Translations under genes and position numbers: made by a program
The notes under the pieces: generated by a model
What the model was told of the DNA's origin: nothing
Seen by the model: the letters and a program-made list of their open reading frames with translations, nothing else
Databases searched by the model: none
Part shown: positions 50,443-59,684 of the stretch, one piece after another
Numbering within the stretch: the first letter of the stretch is position 1
Layout: every line of letters starts with the position of its first letter
Assembly (NCBI GenBank): GCA_946409645.1
Contig: CAMJXE010000007.1
Span: forward strand, 2,468-66,467
Direction: 5' to 3'
From: an uncultured Bacteroidales bacterium
GTDB lineage: Bacteria > Bacteroidota > Bacteroidia > Bacteroidales > WCHB1-69
DNA: 64,000 bases

Positions 50443-51249
50443 ATGGGTATCACTTTTGATGAAAGGACACAAAAGTTCGTGTTCGATTTTGAACATGACA
50501 ACGAAAAGGACATTGTGCAACTGACCGACGAGGGCTACCAGGTGGAGGCGTTCGGCAAGTGCTTCTACTATGGCTATGAATTCTCCGAGCAGGTGGACAG
50601 CAGTGTCCGAAGTGCGTTCATCCAATATGTGAAATTCTCCGAAGATCTTCAAAAGGACTCGAATCTGACGCAATTCATCAAAAAAGCTATCGATGACTTG
50701 AGCCGGAAGATCAACCTGTACGATTATCAGATGGTGATTATGCCCGAGTCCTCCAGCAAGGTAAACCAGTACATGCTGCGCTATATCTATCGTTTCGCGC
50801 AGCCCACGCTCCACAAAATGCAACTCGTGAAGGCTCTGCCCCAGAACATTTCGTTTGATATGGACGGATACGAAAAACAGTATCTGGACGATGTGCTGGA
50901 AAACGGGCGTCCCCGTTATACGGAAAAACAAAAAGAGGAAGCGAGGGTCGCCATTAATAACATGGTCGATCTCATTCACCAGAAAGATTATTTTACGATT
51001 GCCAAAGATGTGAAGAAAAGCCGCTTACGCCCATACATCATGCATTTCCTGAAATTCGCCAACGAAGAAGACGAACGGCTTTGCGCCTCCATTCGAGACC
51101 AGAACGTGCTCATCATCGACGATGTGACCACCAGCGGTTCCACGTTGAACGAGATGCTTCGTACATTACGGATTTTGAACGAGGACAATAACATCGTTGT
51201 TTTCAGTTTGATAGGCCGCAAAGACTTGATGGCGGATGCCGCCATGTAG
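50443..51249 (+). CDS. Type I phosphoribosyltransferase-domain protein
   Basis: PRPP-binding motif VLIIDDVTTSGSTL, MPESSS loop; promoter TATCTTTG 50403-50410. Confidence 0.8.
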   Translation: MGITFDERTQKFVFDFEHDNEKDIVQLTDEGYQVEAFGKCFYYGYEFSEQVDSSVRSAFIQYVKFSEDLQKDSNLTQFIKKAIDDLSRKINLYDYQMVIMPESSSKVNQYMLRYIYRFAQPTLHKMQLVKALPQNISFDMDGYEKQYLDDVLENGRPRYTEKQKEEARVAINNMVDLIHQKDYFTIAKDVKKSRLRPYIMHFLKFANEEDERLCASIRDQNVLIIDDVTTSGSTLNEMLRTLRILNEDNNIVVFSLIGRKDLMADAAM

Positions 51250-51927
51250 TTGAACGGTATTTTTACGTCCGGAAATGAGACTTGAGACGTGAGACTTGAG
51301 ACAGGCGGGCGGAGGCTCAGGCGAAAAATTCACCTTCGCCACGCCGGTGGTGTCCACATATTCGCCCGTGTCAAGGAACCTTGCCAATGACAGCGCTATC
51401 TGAGAGAACGGGCTCTCCAAGGCCTCCAATTGGCGTCCCATATAAACGTATTCCTCCAATATTACGTCCGGATTAGCTTGAAAGGTGTTCTTACGATACC
51501 TCTTGGACACCATGATGCTTAGATTGAAATCGTTAGCATCGTGCTCCAAATATTTCCCGGCGTTTGCATGATGGTTGCTGACCCTTATGGAAACCCTCAT
51601 CTGGTTTTCACCTATTTCAAAAACAGCATAACTACTGGCACTCTTCGGGTTCATGCCCAATGCTGTTTTCAAATCAAAGATAAACCCTTTCGGTTCTTTG
51701 ACAAGCTTATAACTTTCGGCAAGACTATTTAATTTTTCTTTTGTAAGTTCTATTATTTTTTGTATTTTTGCAGCGTCATTTTCCTGAGAAGCTCTAGTGA
51801 CTAAAGGTCTGCTTATCAGTTCAGGAGAATGACTTTTTTGTTTCTTCATATTTTGTGTTTTTGGTTTGTCCGGCGAGCATCCATCTACAAGGATATTATT
51901 TACAAGTTCAGCTTCGTTCTTTTTCAT
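51166..51927 (-). CDS. Hypothetical protein with IRVSNHH motif (copy B)
   Basis: Near-identical to 9658..10305 up to VNFSPE, then an unrelated tail overlapping the PRTase 3' end; promoter TAACTTTG on minus 51953-51960. Confidence 0.75.
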   Translation of the reverse strand: MKKNEAELVNNILVDGCSPDKPKTQNMKKQKSHSPELISRPLVTRASQENDAAKIQKIIELTKEKLNSLAESYKLVKEPKGFIFDLKTALGMNPKSASSYAVFEIGENQMRVSIRVSNHHANAGKYLEHDANDFNLSIMVSKRYRKNTFQANPDVILEEYVYMGRQLEALESPFSQIALSLARFLDTGEYVDTTGVAKVNFSPEPPPACLKSHVSSLISGRKNTVQLHGGIRHQVFAAYQTENNDVIVLVQNP

Positions 51928-52170
51928 CTCTAAATTTTTAAGTTGTTGCCTGCAAAGTTACAAAACAAGAGCAAACAAATCAAGCGCAAATGATATTTAA
52001 TTCATTAAGAATCAAAATGATAAAAGTTGCATTTTTCAATTGAAAAGTTGCTATGTCTGGAAAGAAAGTTGCAAAGTGTAAAAAATGCACAAAGCATCAC
52101 TTGGCGATATCTCATATTGCCCGCCTGAAATTTTGGAAGATTTTGTTCGTTAGGGTGCAATTTCCGTTTA
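51304..52170. repeat. Dispersed ~870-bp direct repeat, copy B
   Basis: See copy A at 9681-10550. Confidence 0.9.
51740..51839 (+). ncRNA. Candidate intragenic antisense sRNA with its promoter (copy B)
   Basis: Identical to 10118-10217; TATTTTTG at 51763-51770. Confidence 0.6.
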
Positions 52171-52260
52171 CTCTAACCCTTTCCCAAGCAGATCACCATT
52201 GAGAGCGAGAAGTTCCCCATAGTTGAAAAAATTGTATCTTTGCAGAACGAATAGAAGACA

Positions 52261-52692
52261 ATGGAAAGGTTTGTCAATCTCATCAATGTGAACTGCGTTG
52301 TTTTTTGGCAGATGAGGTGGTTACCCACTAAAAGCAAGTTAAAAAAGGGAGACTATCTACGACAAGCAGAAGCCGCTTTTAACGGCGCATTTCGGCACGA
52401 AGGATATGCTGTTATGGGAATGCTATGGTTCTTACCAACGGCTGCCCTTGTTGTCAAACTTATAGGAGAAAGTTTCTGGACCATAATAACCACATTCGTC
52501 CTGTCTATTGCTTTGTCATTCCTCTTCCACTGGTATTTCCTGACGTACAAAAACAAATGGCGCAAATATTGGAATGAATATGAGCATCAGACAAAACGGC
52601 AACGTGTTGTATGGGCGATAATCACCATTGTGACATATATCCTTTTTTTCGGTTTTTGTACAATTGGGGCTTTTTTGATACATAAAGCATAA
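52261..52692 (+). CDS. Hypothetical membrane protein (about 3 TM)
   Basis: Hydrophobic segments; promoter TATCTTTG 52235-52242. Confidence 0.7.
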   Translation: MERFVNLINVNCVVFWQMRWLPTKSKLKKGDYLRQAEAAFNGAFRHEGYAVMGMLWFLPTAALVVKLIGESFWTIITTFVLSIALSFLFHWYFLTYKNKWRKYWNEYEHQTKRQRVVWAIITIVTYILFFGFCTIGAFLIHKA

Positions 52693-52872
52693 CTTGATTG
52701 GAAAAGCTCTTAATCTAAGGCGAAAATCATAAAATTCTCAAAATGTTGGCACCGATTTGTCTTTATCCAGTCGGTCGGCAGTCGGTGACGAAAAAAGTTG
52801 TATCTTTGCAGGCAATAATAATCAGAAAGAAAGGACACGAAAACTTGTCACTCAGGTAGATAGGCAAAAGAT

Positions 52873-53994
52873 ATGATGATCGAAGAACCCATACTCCCGC
52901 AACTTCCCGATTTTGAGGAATATATCCTGCAGGGCGAGCCGGACCGGCGGCAACGCGCCGAAAACTGGCAGATCGCCATCGGCCTGCAGGCGGTAGATGG
53001 TCTGCACACTTCGGAGTACCTGCAACAGACAGCACGGCAGCATATTGAAGGGGAGATTACAGCCAAAGAGGTGAGTGATCTCGTCAACAGTTATTATAAG
53101 TCGCAATCAGGCAGGCAATCGTTAGAGAAGGAACGAACAGAAGAGGCGGACAAAGTCTCTTCCCGAATCTCAGAACTACTTGCTGAAAAAACATTTGACT
53201 TTACGACTGCACAACTGATTTCCATACATCGCCGGCTGTTTACGGGTTTGTTTAAGTTTGCAGGACGCATTCGGGATTACAATATCATTAAAAACGAATG
53301 GGTTTTGAATGGAGATACCGTTTTATACTCCAGTGCTGACTTGATTCATGATTCCCTCGAGTATGATATTTCACAAGAGAAAACTTTCAAATACAGCGGG
53401 ATGACTGCCGAGGATTCTATAAAACATCTTTCCCGTTTTTGCGCTGATTTGTGGCAAATCCATCCTTTTGGCGAAGGAAACACCAGAACTACAGCGGTCT
53501 TTATGATGAAATATCTTAGAGCATTAGGATTCGATATGGTGTCGAATGAACCTTTTTCCCAACATTCCTGGTATTTCCGAAATGCTTTAGTCAGAGCCAA
53601 TTACAACAACCTTCAAAAAGGAATACATGCCACTACCGAATTTTTGGAAAAATTCTTCCGAAATTTGCTTCTCAATGAAAAGAACTTATTGAGAAACAGA
53701 GAAATGCATGTGCTTTGGTCTGACAATCTCGAGTTTCAAAGTGCAAAAGCAATCTCCCAAAGTGCAAATAATGAAGCCCCGTTGCCTCCAAAGTGCAATT
53801 TTTGCACTTTGGAAGAAGTCGCTGTCCTACAATGTATCCTTAAACAACCCAATATCACGCAAAAGGAAATGGCTGCCATTATAGGAAAATCTGAACGGAC
53901 AATCAAATCCATAACCATAAGACTTGTAGAACAAGGCATCATTTCCCGCAAAAACGGCAAACGAAACGGCTTTTGGGAAATCATCAACAACTAA
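52873..53994 (+). CDS. Fic-family protein with N-terminal VbhA-like inhibitory region and C-terminal HTH
   Basis: AIGLQAVDGL; Fic motif HPFGEGNTRT; ITQKEMAAIIGKSERTIK...GKRNGFWEI winged HTH. Confidence 0.9.
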   Translation: MMIEEPILPQLPDFEEYILQGEPDRRQRAENWQIAIGLQAVDGLHTSEYLQQTARQHIEGEITAKEVSDLVNSYYKSQSGRQSLEKERTEEADKVSSRISELLAEKTFDFTTAQLISIHRRLFTGLFKFAGRIRDYNIIKNEWVLNGDTVLYSSADLIHDSLEYDISQEKTFKYSGMTAEDSIKHLSRFCADLWQIHPFGEGNTRTTAVFMMKYLRALGFDMVSNEPFSQHSWYFRNALVRANYNNLQKGIHATTEFLEKFFRNLLLNEKNLLRNREMHVLWSDNLEFQSAKAISQSANNEAPLPPKCNFCTLEEVAVLQCILKQPNITQKEMAAIIGKSERTIKSITIRLVEQGIISRKNGKRNGFWEIINN

Positions 53995-54037
53995 CCAAAT
54001 AACCCTTAACCTGTCAATAACCCTTAACCCATAACCT

Positions 54038-55291
54038 ATGATCCTCATCAACATCGGAGACGAACTCCTCTTAGGACAAGTCATCAACACCAACGCCGCC
54101 TTCATCGGGCAGCAGATGGCCCTGGCGGGCATCGAAATGACAGAATGCGTCACCATCGGCGACGACGAGAGCGCCATTCGCAGCGCCATCGAGAACGGAT
54201 TTGCGAAAACCAACCTGATTGTGGTCACCGGCGGACTCGGACCCACCCGCGACGACATCACCAAAAAGGTCATCTGCGACTACTTCCACCGCGAACTGGT
54301 GGTGGACGAGCAGACCTTGGAGTGGGTGCGCGAGATTTTCGCCGCCCGCGGGATGGAACTCACAGAGACCAACAGCCACCAGGCCGATGTGCCCGAAGGC
54401 TGCACCGTCCTGAAAAACACCTTGGGTACCGCCCCCGGACTCTGGATAGAACAGGACGGCAAGATCCTCGTCGCCCTTCCCGGTGTGCCGTTCGAAATGG
54501 AAAAGCTTATCTGTGAAGAGGTTCTGCCGAGATTGCAGGAGATTTTCCACCACGAGCACGCCGTGCTCTACAAAGTACTGCAGTGTACTGGCGTCAGCGA
54601 GAGCAATCTCTCTGACCAGCTCACCGACTTCGAGGCGCAGTTACCGGAAAACATCAAGTTGGCCTACCTGCCGAAACCGGGCATCATCCGTCTGCGGCTG
54701 ACCGCTTCGGGTGCCAACAACGAAGAGCTGCAAACTTCTCTGAACCAGCAGTTTGAGAAACTGAAAGCCGAGGTGGGCTCGTTGGCCTTCGCCGACGAGG
54801 ACATCCCGATGGAAGCCGTCATCGGCAAGTTACTGCGCGGGAGCGGTCGTCGCGTGGCTACCGCCGAGAGCTGTACCGGCGGCTTTATCGCGCATCTGAT
54901 TACCTCTGTGCCAGGCAGTTCCGAATACTTCCAAGGGAGCGTGGTCTCCTACAGCAACCAGGTGAAGCGCGACATCCTCAACGTTCGGGAGGACAACCTC
55001 AAGAAACGCGGCGCAGTGAGCGAGCCGGTGGTCAGCGACATGGCCCTCAACGCAATGGATCTCCTGGATGTCGATTACGCCGTGGCCACCTCCGGCATCG
55101 CGGGTCCCGACGGCGGCACGGCCGAGAAGCCCGTCGGCACCGTCTGGATGGCCGTGGCTACCCCTACCCGACTGACCACCAAAGAGTTCCATTTCGGTAA
55201 GCACACTGGTCGGAAGCAGATTATCGAGCGTGCCGCCCATGCTGCCCTCAACATGCTGCGTATCGAAATCGAGAAAGACCTCCGCCGATGA
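54038..55291 (+). CDS. cinA: Competence/damage-inducible protein A (NMN deamidase domain)
   Basis: IGDELLLGQVINTN, TGGLGPT.DD.T, LPGVPFEM, AESCTGG, SGIAGPDGG..EKPVG. Confidence 0.95.
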   Translation: MILINIGDELLLGQVINTNAAFIGQQMALAGIEMTECVTIGDDESAIRSAIENGFAKTNLIVVTGGLGPTRDDITKKVICDYFHRELVVDEQTLEWVREIFAARGMELTETNSHQADVPEGCTVLKNTLGTAPGLWIEQDGKILVALPGVPFEMEKLICEEVLPRLQEIFHHEHAVLYKVLQCTGVSESNLSDQLTDFEAQLPENIKLAYLPKPGIIRLRLTASGANNEELQTSLNQQFEKLKAEVGSLAFADEDIPMEAVIGKLLRGSGRRVATAESCTGGFIAHLITSVPGSSEYFQGSVVSYSNQVKRDILNVREDNLKKRGAVSEPVVSDMALNAMDLLDVDYAVATSGIAGPDGGTAEKPVGTVWMAVATPTRLTTKEFHFGKHTGRKQIIERAAHAALNMLRIEIEKDLRR

Positions 55292-56169
55292 ACGCGCAAA
55301 TCGCCCGCTTCCGGCAATATTTGGTCTATGAAAAAGGCCTCTCGCCCAAGAGCGTGGAGGCCTATTTGCACGATGTGCAGCTATTGGCGGACTTTTTGGG
55401 CGAGGACAAGATAGCCGACGCCACTTTCGAGGAGTTACAGAAATTTCTGAAACACCTATACGAATCGGATTTCAACGCACGGTCGCAGGCACGGATTGTG
55501 TCCGGAATGCGGGCTTTCTTCCGCTACCTCATCTACGCCAACGTGCGTGAGGACGACCCGACGGAGTTGTTGGATGCGCCCAAAATCGGGATGCATCTCC
55601 CTGATGTACTAACCGTTGAGGAAATCCAAAGCATCATGGACGTGATAGACTTGAGCACGCCGGAGGGTCACCGAAACCGCGCCATGGTAGAGGTAATGTA
55701 CGGTTGTGGGCTGCGTGTCAGCGAGTTAGTGACCTTGCGGCTCTCCAACCTCTTCTTCGAGGAGGGCTTCATCAAAGTGGTCGGCAAGGGCAACAAAGAG
55801 CGGCTGATTCCGATAGGAAAAACGGCCATGAAGATGGTGAACCTTTACATTAACGGAAAACGTAAACTATTGAAAATCAAGAAGGGTGAAGAGGACTACG
55901 TCTTCCTGAACCGCAGGGGGGCGCACCTCACCCGCGAGATGGTCTTCATGCTCGTAAAGAAGTGGGTGGCGGCGGCAGGCATCGACAAGACAGTGAGTCC
56001 GCACACGTTCCGGCACTCCTTTGCCACGCACCTCATCGAGGGCGGCGCCGACTTGCGTGCCGTGCAGGAAATGCTCGGCCACGAAAGCATCACCACCACC
56101 GAGATTTACACGCATCTGGACCAGGACTACCTGCGGACGAACATCGCGCTGTTCCATCCGAGGTACTGA
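55288..56169 (+). CDS. xerD: Site-specific tyrosine recombinase XerD
   Basis: GLRVSEL, GKGNKERL, PHTFRHSFATHL..GADLR.VQEMLGH..I.TT.IYTH; ends FHPR. Confidence 0.92.
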   Translation: MNAQIARFRQYLVYEKGLSPKSVEAYLHDVQLLADFLGEDKIADATFEELQKFLKHLYESDFNARSQARIVSGMRAFFRYLIYANVREDDPTELLDAPKIGMHLPDVLTVEEIQSIMDVIDLSTPEGHRNRAMVEVMYGCGLRVSELVTLRLSNLFFEEGFIKVVGKGNKERLIPIGKTAMKMVNLYINGKRKLLKIKKGEEDYVFLNRRGAHLTREMVFMLVKKWVAAAGIDKTVSPHTFRHSFATHLIEGGADLRAVQEMLGHESITTTEIYTHLDQDYLRTNIALFHPRY

Positions 56170-56251
56170 TAATGTGCTTTCGGCACCCTGGCGAGTTCGA
56201 GATTCCACCACCTCCTATTGGCGACGGAGGAATGGAACAGCGATGAAAGGA

Positions 56252-57949
56252 CTATTTGTTAATCACCAGTTTCTGGACAGTCGTTCTGTTCCGGTTGTCA
56301 CGGATGTGCAAGAAATAGACCCCGTTATTCCATTGACCACAGGAAATCTTCTCCACCTCATTACCTGAAAGGGTGAAAAAGTCGATTTGACGGCCCGTCA
56401 TGTCGAAAACAGTGACATCAGCCAAATTTTCGCCTTGAATCAGCACAAAATCGGTGGCAGGGTTGGGGTAAACCCGAACATTCAACGACTTATAGTCATC
56501 AATGCCCACACCATCCATCACAAATACGTGCGGGTCGGCAGCCCCGATATACGGGTGCTTCTCACAACGACCTGACGCATCTTTCGCATATATGTAATAT
56601 TGTATCGAATCACCTGACTGAAGACCTGCGCTCGCGAAGTCAAATTGATACTCGTTTCCGGAGGCGTATTGCAACAACTGGTGCTGCCAATCCCCATTAT
56701 TGATTCTATAATACACCAACAATGAGTCAGTAATCAGATTAGCACCGCTTAACGCTTTGATAGTCACGGAAATATTGAGATCGTCGGCAAGGTTCTTAAG
56801 ACCTAAAACCGGATAATGGCTGAGATAGAGCATCCCCAAGTCGGCAAGCTCGTGCGTGCGGCAATGCAAAGCATCCGTGCTGAGCCATGGTGTATATTCT
56901 GATTGCATAATGGGCACGATAGTGTAGCCCGGCATCGCCTGCTGATATACGGCAATCGCCTCGTTATCATGGGGATTGCCCGTGACCGGCACAAAAACGT
57001 GGTCGTTCAAAATCAGTGAGTTCGTATAGGGTGTGGCTTTGTCGGCGTTGGGGTTGGCATAGACCCGATAGACCTGATAGTGGTTGCCCCAGGGCGTAGT
57101 GTTTTGCGCAAAGAACTGTGCCATAGCTTCATAGCTGGCATAACGCGGGTCACTTTGAGGCACCTGGCCAATCAACACCTTGTCCACATCCAGATATTTC
57201 CCCCAACAGTCGATATGGGCGATGTATTCTCCCAATGGATCAGCGAGATACATATAGTTGTCAACGCCCAGATAGTCCATCGCCATAGCCGACAGGGAAG
57301 CTTCGGTTTCGGATGGATTCTCCTGAAGCACCAACATGGTGGATGCCGCAGTACCGTAACCATCCACCATATAGTTGCCACCGGTATGCACCATCGGCAT
57401 TTCGTAGCGATTAATACCCAAATAATCAACAACATACTCCATAGAGGCATCGTCATTAGGACGTTGCGGACGGTTATACACGAAATCTATCACATTCACA
57501 GAATCGTGTCCATCGATGACAAACCATGGGCCGTAGTCGCGGGTCCAATAAGAATCGTGGTTAATCATCCAGAACTCCACATTGCCCATGGTCACATTGT
57601 TGTTGGTGAAGTATTGGGCGGCATCGGCACTGTCGCTGGCATCATTCACCAGCACTTTCACCTGCGTGATATGAGACAGTTCGCTGACAAGCGCCACGGG
57701 GATGCCAAGCGGATAAGCGATCATCACGCCGCCCATAGGCTGGAATTCCGACACGGCGGTAACCGGTGCGGCGGGCGGGTTGGAGTTGCGCAGATGGGCC
57801 TGTTGGGAGAGGAAGGGGATCATCAGCTTCTCCTCGGCAGTGGCGTGATGCGGGAATTTCGGGTGGGTGTCGTAGTGGATGGACTCGTTTTGGGCGAAAA
57901 GTGTCGCAAAACAGATCATCAATAGGAAAATCAGATTGTATTTTTTCAT
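56252..57949 (-). CDS. Agmatine/peptidyl-arginine deiminase family protein with T9SS CTD
   Basis: Signal peptide; WTRDYGP, GGN, HID, YTNS, ALHC; CTD VYPNPA...FDMTGR...GVYFL..QKLV. Confidence 0.9.
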   Translation of the reverse strand: MKKYNLIFLLMICFATLFAQNESIHYDTHPKFPHHATAEEKLMIPFLSQQAHLRNSNPPAAPVTAVSEFQPMGGVMIAYPLGIPVALVSELSHITQVKVLVNDASDSADAAQYFTNNNVTMGNVEFWMINHDSYWTRDYGPWFVIDGHDSVNVIDFVYNRPQRPNDDASMEYVVDYLGINRYEMPMVHTGGNYMVDGYGTAASTMLVLQENPSETEASLSAMAMDYLGVDNYMYLADPLGEYIAHIDCWGKYLDVDKVLIGQVPQSDPRYASYEAMAQFFAQNTTPWGNHYQVYRVYANPNADKATPYTNSLILNDHVFVPVTGNPHDNEAIAVYQQAMPGYTIVPIMQSEYTPWLSTDALHCRTHELADLGMLYLSHYPVLGLKNLADDLNISVTIKALSGANLITDSLLVYYRINNGDWQHQLLQYASGNEYQFDFASAGLQSGDSIQYYIYAKDASGRCEKHPYIGAADPHVFVMDGVGIDDYKSLNVRVYPNPATDFVLIQGENLADVTVFDMTGRQIDFFTLSGNEVEKISCGQWNNGVYFLHIRDNRNRTTVQKLVINK

Positions 57950-57992
57950 TGTTCAGATTTGATAATATTCAATATAAAGACAGACATACAAT

Positions 57993-58032
57993 AAAAAAAA
58001 CGCTTATTTGTTTGAAAAAATAAGCGTTTTTT
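57993..58032. terminator. Bidirectional-type terminator 3' of tRNA-Arg
   Basis: A8-cgcttattt...aaataagcg-T6. Confidence 0.75.
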
Positions 58033-58034
58033 CT

Positions 58035-58111
58035 TGGTGACCCCTGCAGGATTCAAACCTGCAACCTTTTGATCCGTAGTCAAATGCTCTATTCAGTTGA
58101 GCTAAGGGGCC
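58035..58111 (-). tRNA. tRNA-Arg(ACG), CCA encoded
   Basis: GGCCCCTTAGCTCAACTGAATAGAGCATTTGACT-ACG-GATCAAAAGGTTGCAGGTTTGAATCCTGCAGGGGTCACCA. Confidence 0.95.
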
Positions 58112-58236
58112 TTTCTCAAAAGAGCGTGCAAAAATACACTTTTTTTAATATCACAACATCCTAAAAAAAATTTTTTTATTTTGATGTGTTATATTGGAAA
58201 AAAATGTATTTTTGCCGCCGAATTGATGATAACTAC

Positions 58237-58307
58237 TGAGCTATGGTGTAATGGTAGCACTACAGATTTTGGTTCTGCCTGTGTAGGTTCGAGTCCTGCT
58301 AGCTCAA
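58237..58307 (+). tRNA. tRNA-Gln(TTG)
   Basis: TGAGCTATGGTGTAATGGTAGCACTACAGATT-TTG-GTTCTGCCTGTGTAGGTTCGAGTCCTGCTAGCTCAA. Confidence 0.95.
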
Positions 58308-58311
58308 CAAG

Positions 58312-58343
58312 AAACTCTCACCGATTTGGTGGGAGTTTTTTTT
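58312..58343 (+). terminator. Intrinsic terminator after tRNA-Gln
   Basis: aaactctcacc-gattt-ggtgggagttt plus T-run. Confidence 0.75.
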
Positions 58344-58389
58344 ACGAAATTCGATTGAGTAATAGTATATATAATTAACATTTCAAAAA

Positions 58390-59631
58390 ATGGAAGAACA
58401 AATCAACCTTATCAGCACTTTTGCGGATTTCAAAGAATCAAAAAGTATTGATCGTGAAACGCTCATGCACATTCTGGAAGACGTTTTCGTGAGTGCGTTA
58501 AGTAAAAAATATGGTGCAGGTGCCGAATTCAACGTCATTGTTAACGTTGACCGCGGCGACCTTGAAATCCAACACTCTCTGAAAGTAGTTGAAGACGACC
58601 AGGTTACGGACCCACAGAACCAAATTTCCCTGTCAGATGCCATCAAAATCGAGCCTGACTTTGAAGTGGGTGAAGAGGTGATCGAGCAGATTCAACTCTC
58701 TGATTTCCAACGTCGTGAGATTTTAGCTCTGCGTCAAAACCTCAGCAATAAAATCCTCGAATACGAAAAAGAGGTCATTTTCCGCAAATACGAACCTCGC
58801 AAGGGCGAACTGATTACCGGTGAGGTGAGCCAAGTGTGGAAAAAGGAGATTTTAGTGATCGACGACGACCGTGTTGAAATGGTGCTCCCAAAAACCGAAC
58901 AGATTCCTTCCGACTACTACAAGAAAGGCGACAGCATCATGGCCGTCATCACTTCCGTGGACGTGGTCAACGGTTCCCCGCGCATCCTCCTCTCCCGCAC
59001 CTCCCCGAAATTCCTGGAATGCCTGATGGAACGCGCCATCCCCGAAATCGAAGAGGGTGTTATTATCATCAAGGACATTGTGCGCGTGCCTGGTGAAAGA
59101 GCCAAAGTACTGGTGGAAACCTACGACGACCGCATCGACCCGGTGGGCGCCTGCGTCGGCGTGAAAGGTAGCCGTATCCATGATACCGTGCGCGAACTTC
59201 GCAATGAAAACATCGATATCATCAATTATACCAATAAGAAAGAGCTGTTGATTGCCCGCGCACTCAACCCCGCCAAAATCTCTTCCATCGAACTCGACGA
59301 GGAAAACAAGACCGCTAACGTCTATATGAAATCTGACCAAGTGTCTCTCGCTATTGGAAAAGGTGGTTATAACATCAAATTAGCCAGCAAGTTGTCAGGT
59401 TACGAAATCGATGTTTTCAGAGATGATATTAAAGAAGAATATGTGATTCCGTTGTCAGAATTCAACGATGTTTTCGACCAATGGGTCATTGACACATTCA
59501 TCGGTATTGGTTGCGACACCGCAGAAAGCATTCTGCAATTGAGCCGCGAAGAGCTTATTCGCCGCACCGACCTCGAAGAGGAAACTGTGGACGCGATGAT
59601 TGCCGCCGTCAAAGAAGAATTGGAGAAATAA
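58390..59631 (+). CDS. nusA: Transcription termination/antitermination factor NusA
   Basis: LSRT, IPEI, R.PGERAKV, DPVGACVG.KGSRI, LAIGKGGYNIKLA. Confidence 0.97.
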   Translation: MEEQINLISTFADFKESKSIDRETLMHILEDVFVSALSKKYGAGAEFNVIVNVDRGDLEIQHSLKVVEDDQVTDPQNQISLSDAIKIEPDFEVGEEVIEQIQLSDFQRREILALRQNLSNKILEYEKEVIFRKYEPRKGELITGEVSQVWKKEILVIDDDRVEMVLPKTEQIPSDYYKKGDSIMAVITSVDVVNGSPRILLSRTSPKFLECLMERAIPEIEEGVIIIKDIVRVPGERAKVLVETYDDRIDPVGACVGVKGSRIHDTVRELRNENIDIINYTNKKELLIARALNPAKISSIELDEENKTANVYMKSDQVSLAIGKGGYNIKLASKLSGYEIDVFRDDIKEEYVIPLSEFNDVFDQWVIDTFIGIGCDTAESILQLSREELIRRTDLEEETVDAMIAAVKEELEK

Positions 59632-59684
59632 TATAATTGTTAACGAGTTTATTTTTCAGATAATTAACAACAAACTTTTTCAAT

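Noticed and set aside
55288-56169. Tyrosine recombinase as the integrase of the island after guaA
   Set aside because: XerD length and motifs, overlapping the cinA stop, host-like codons; no att duplication of the guaA 3' end seen.
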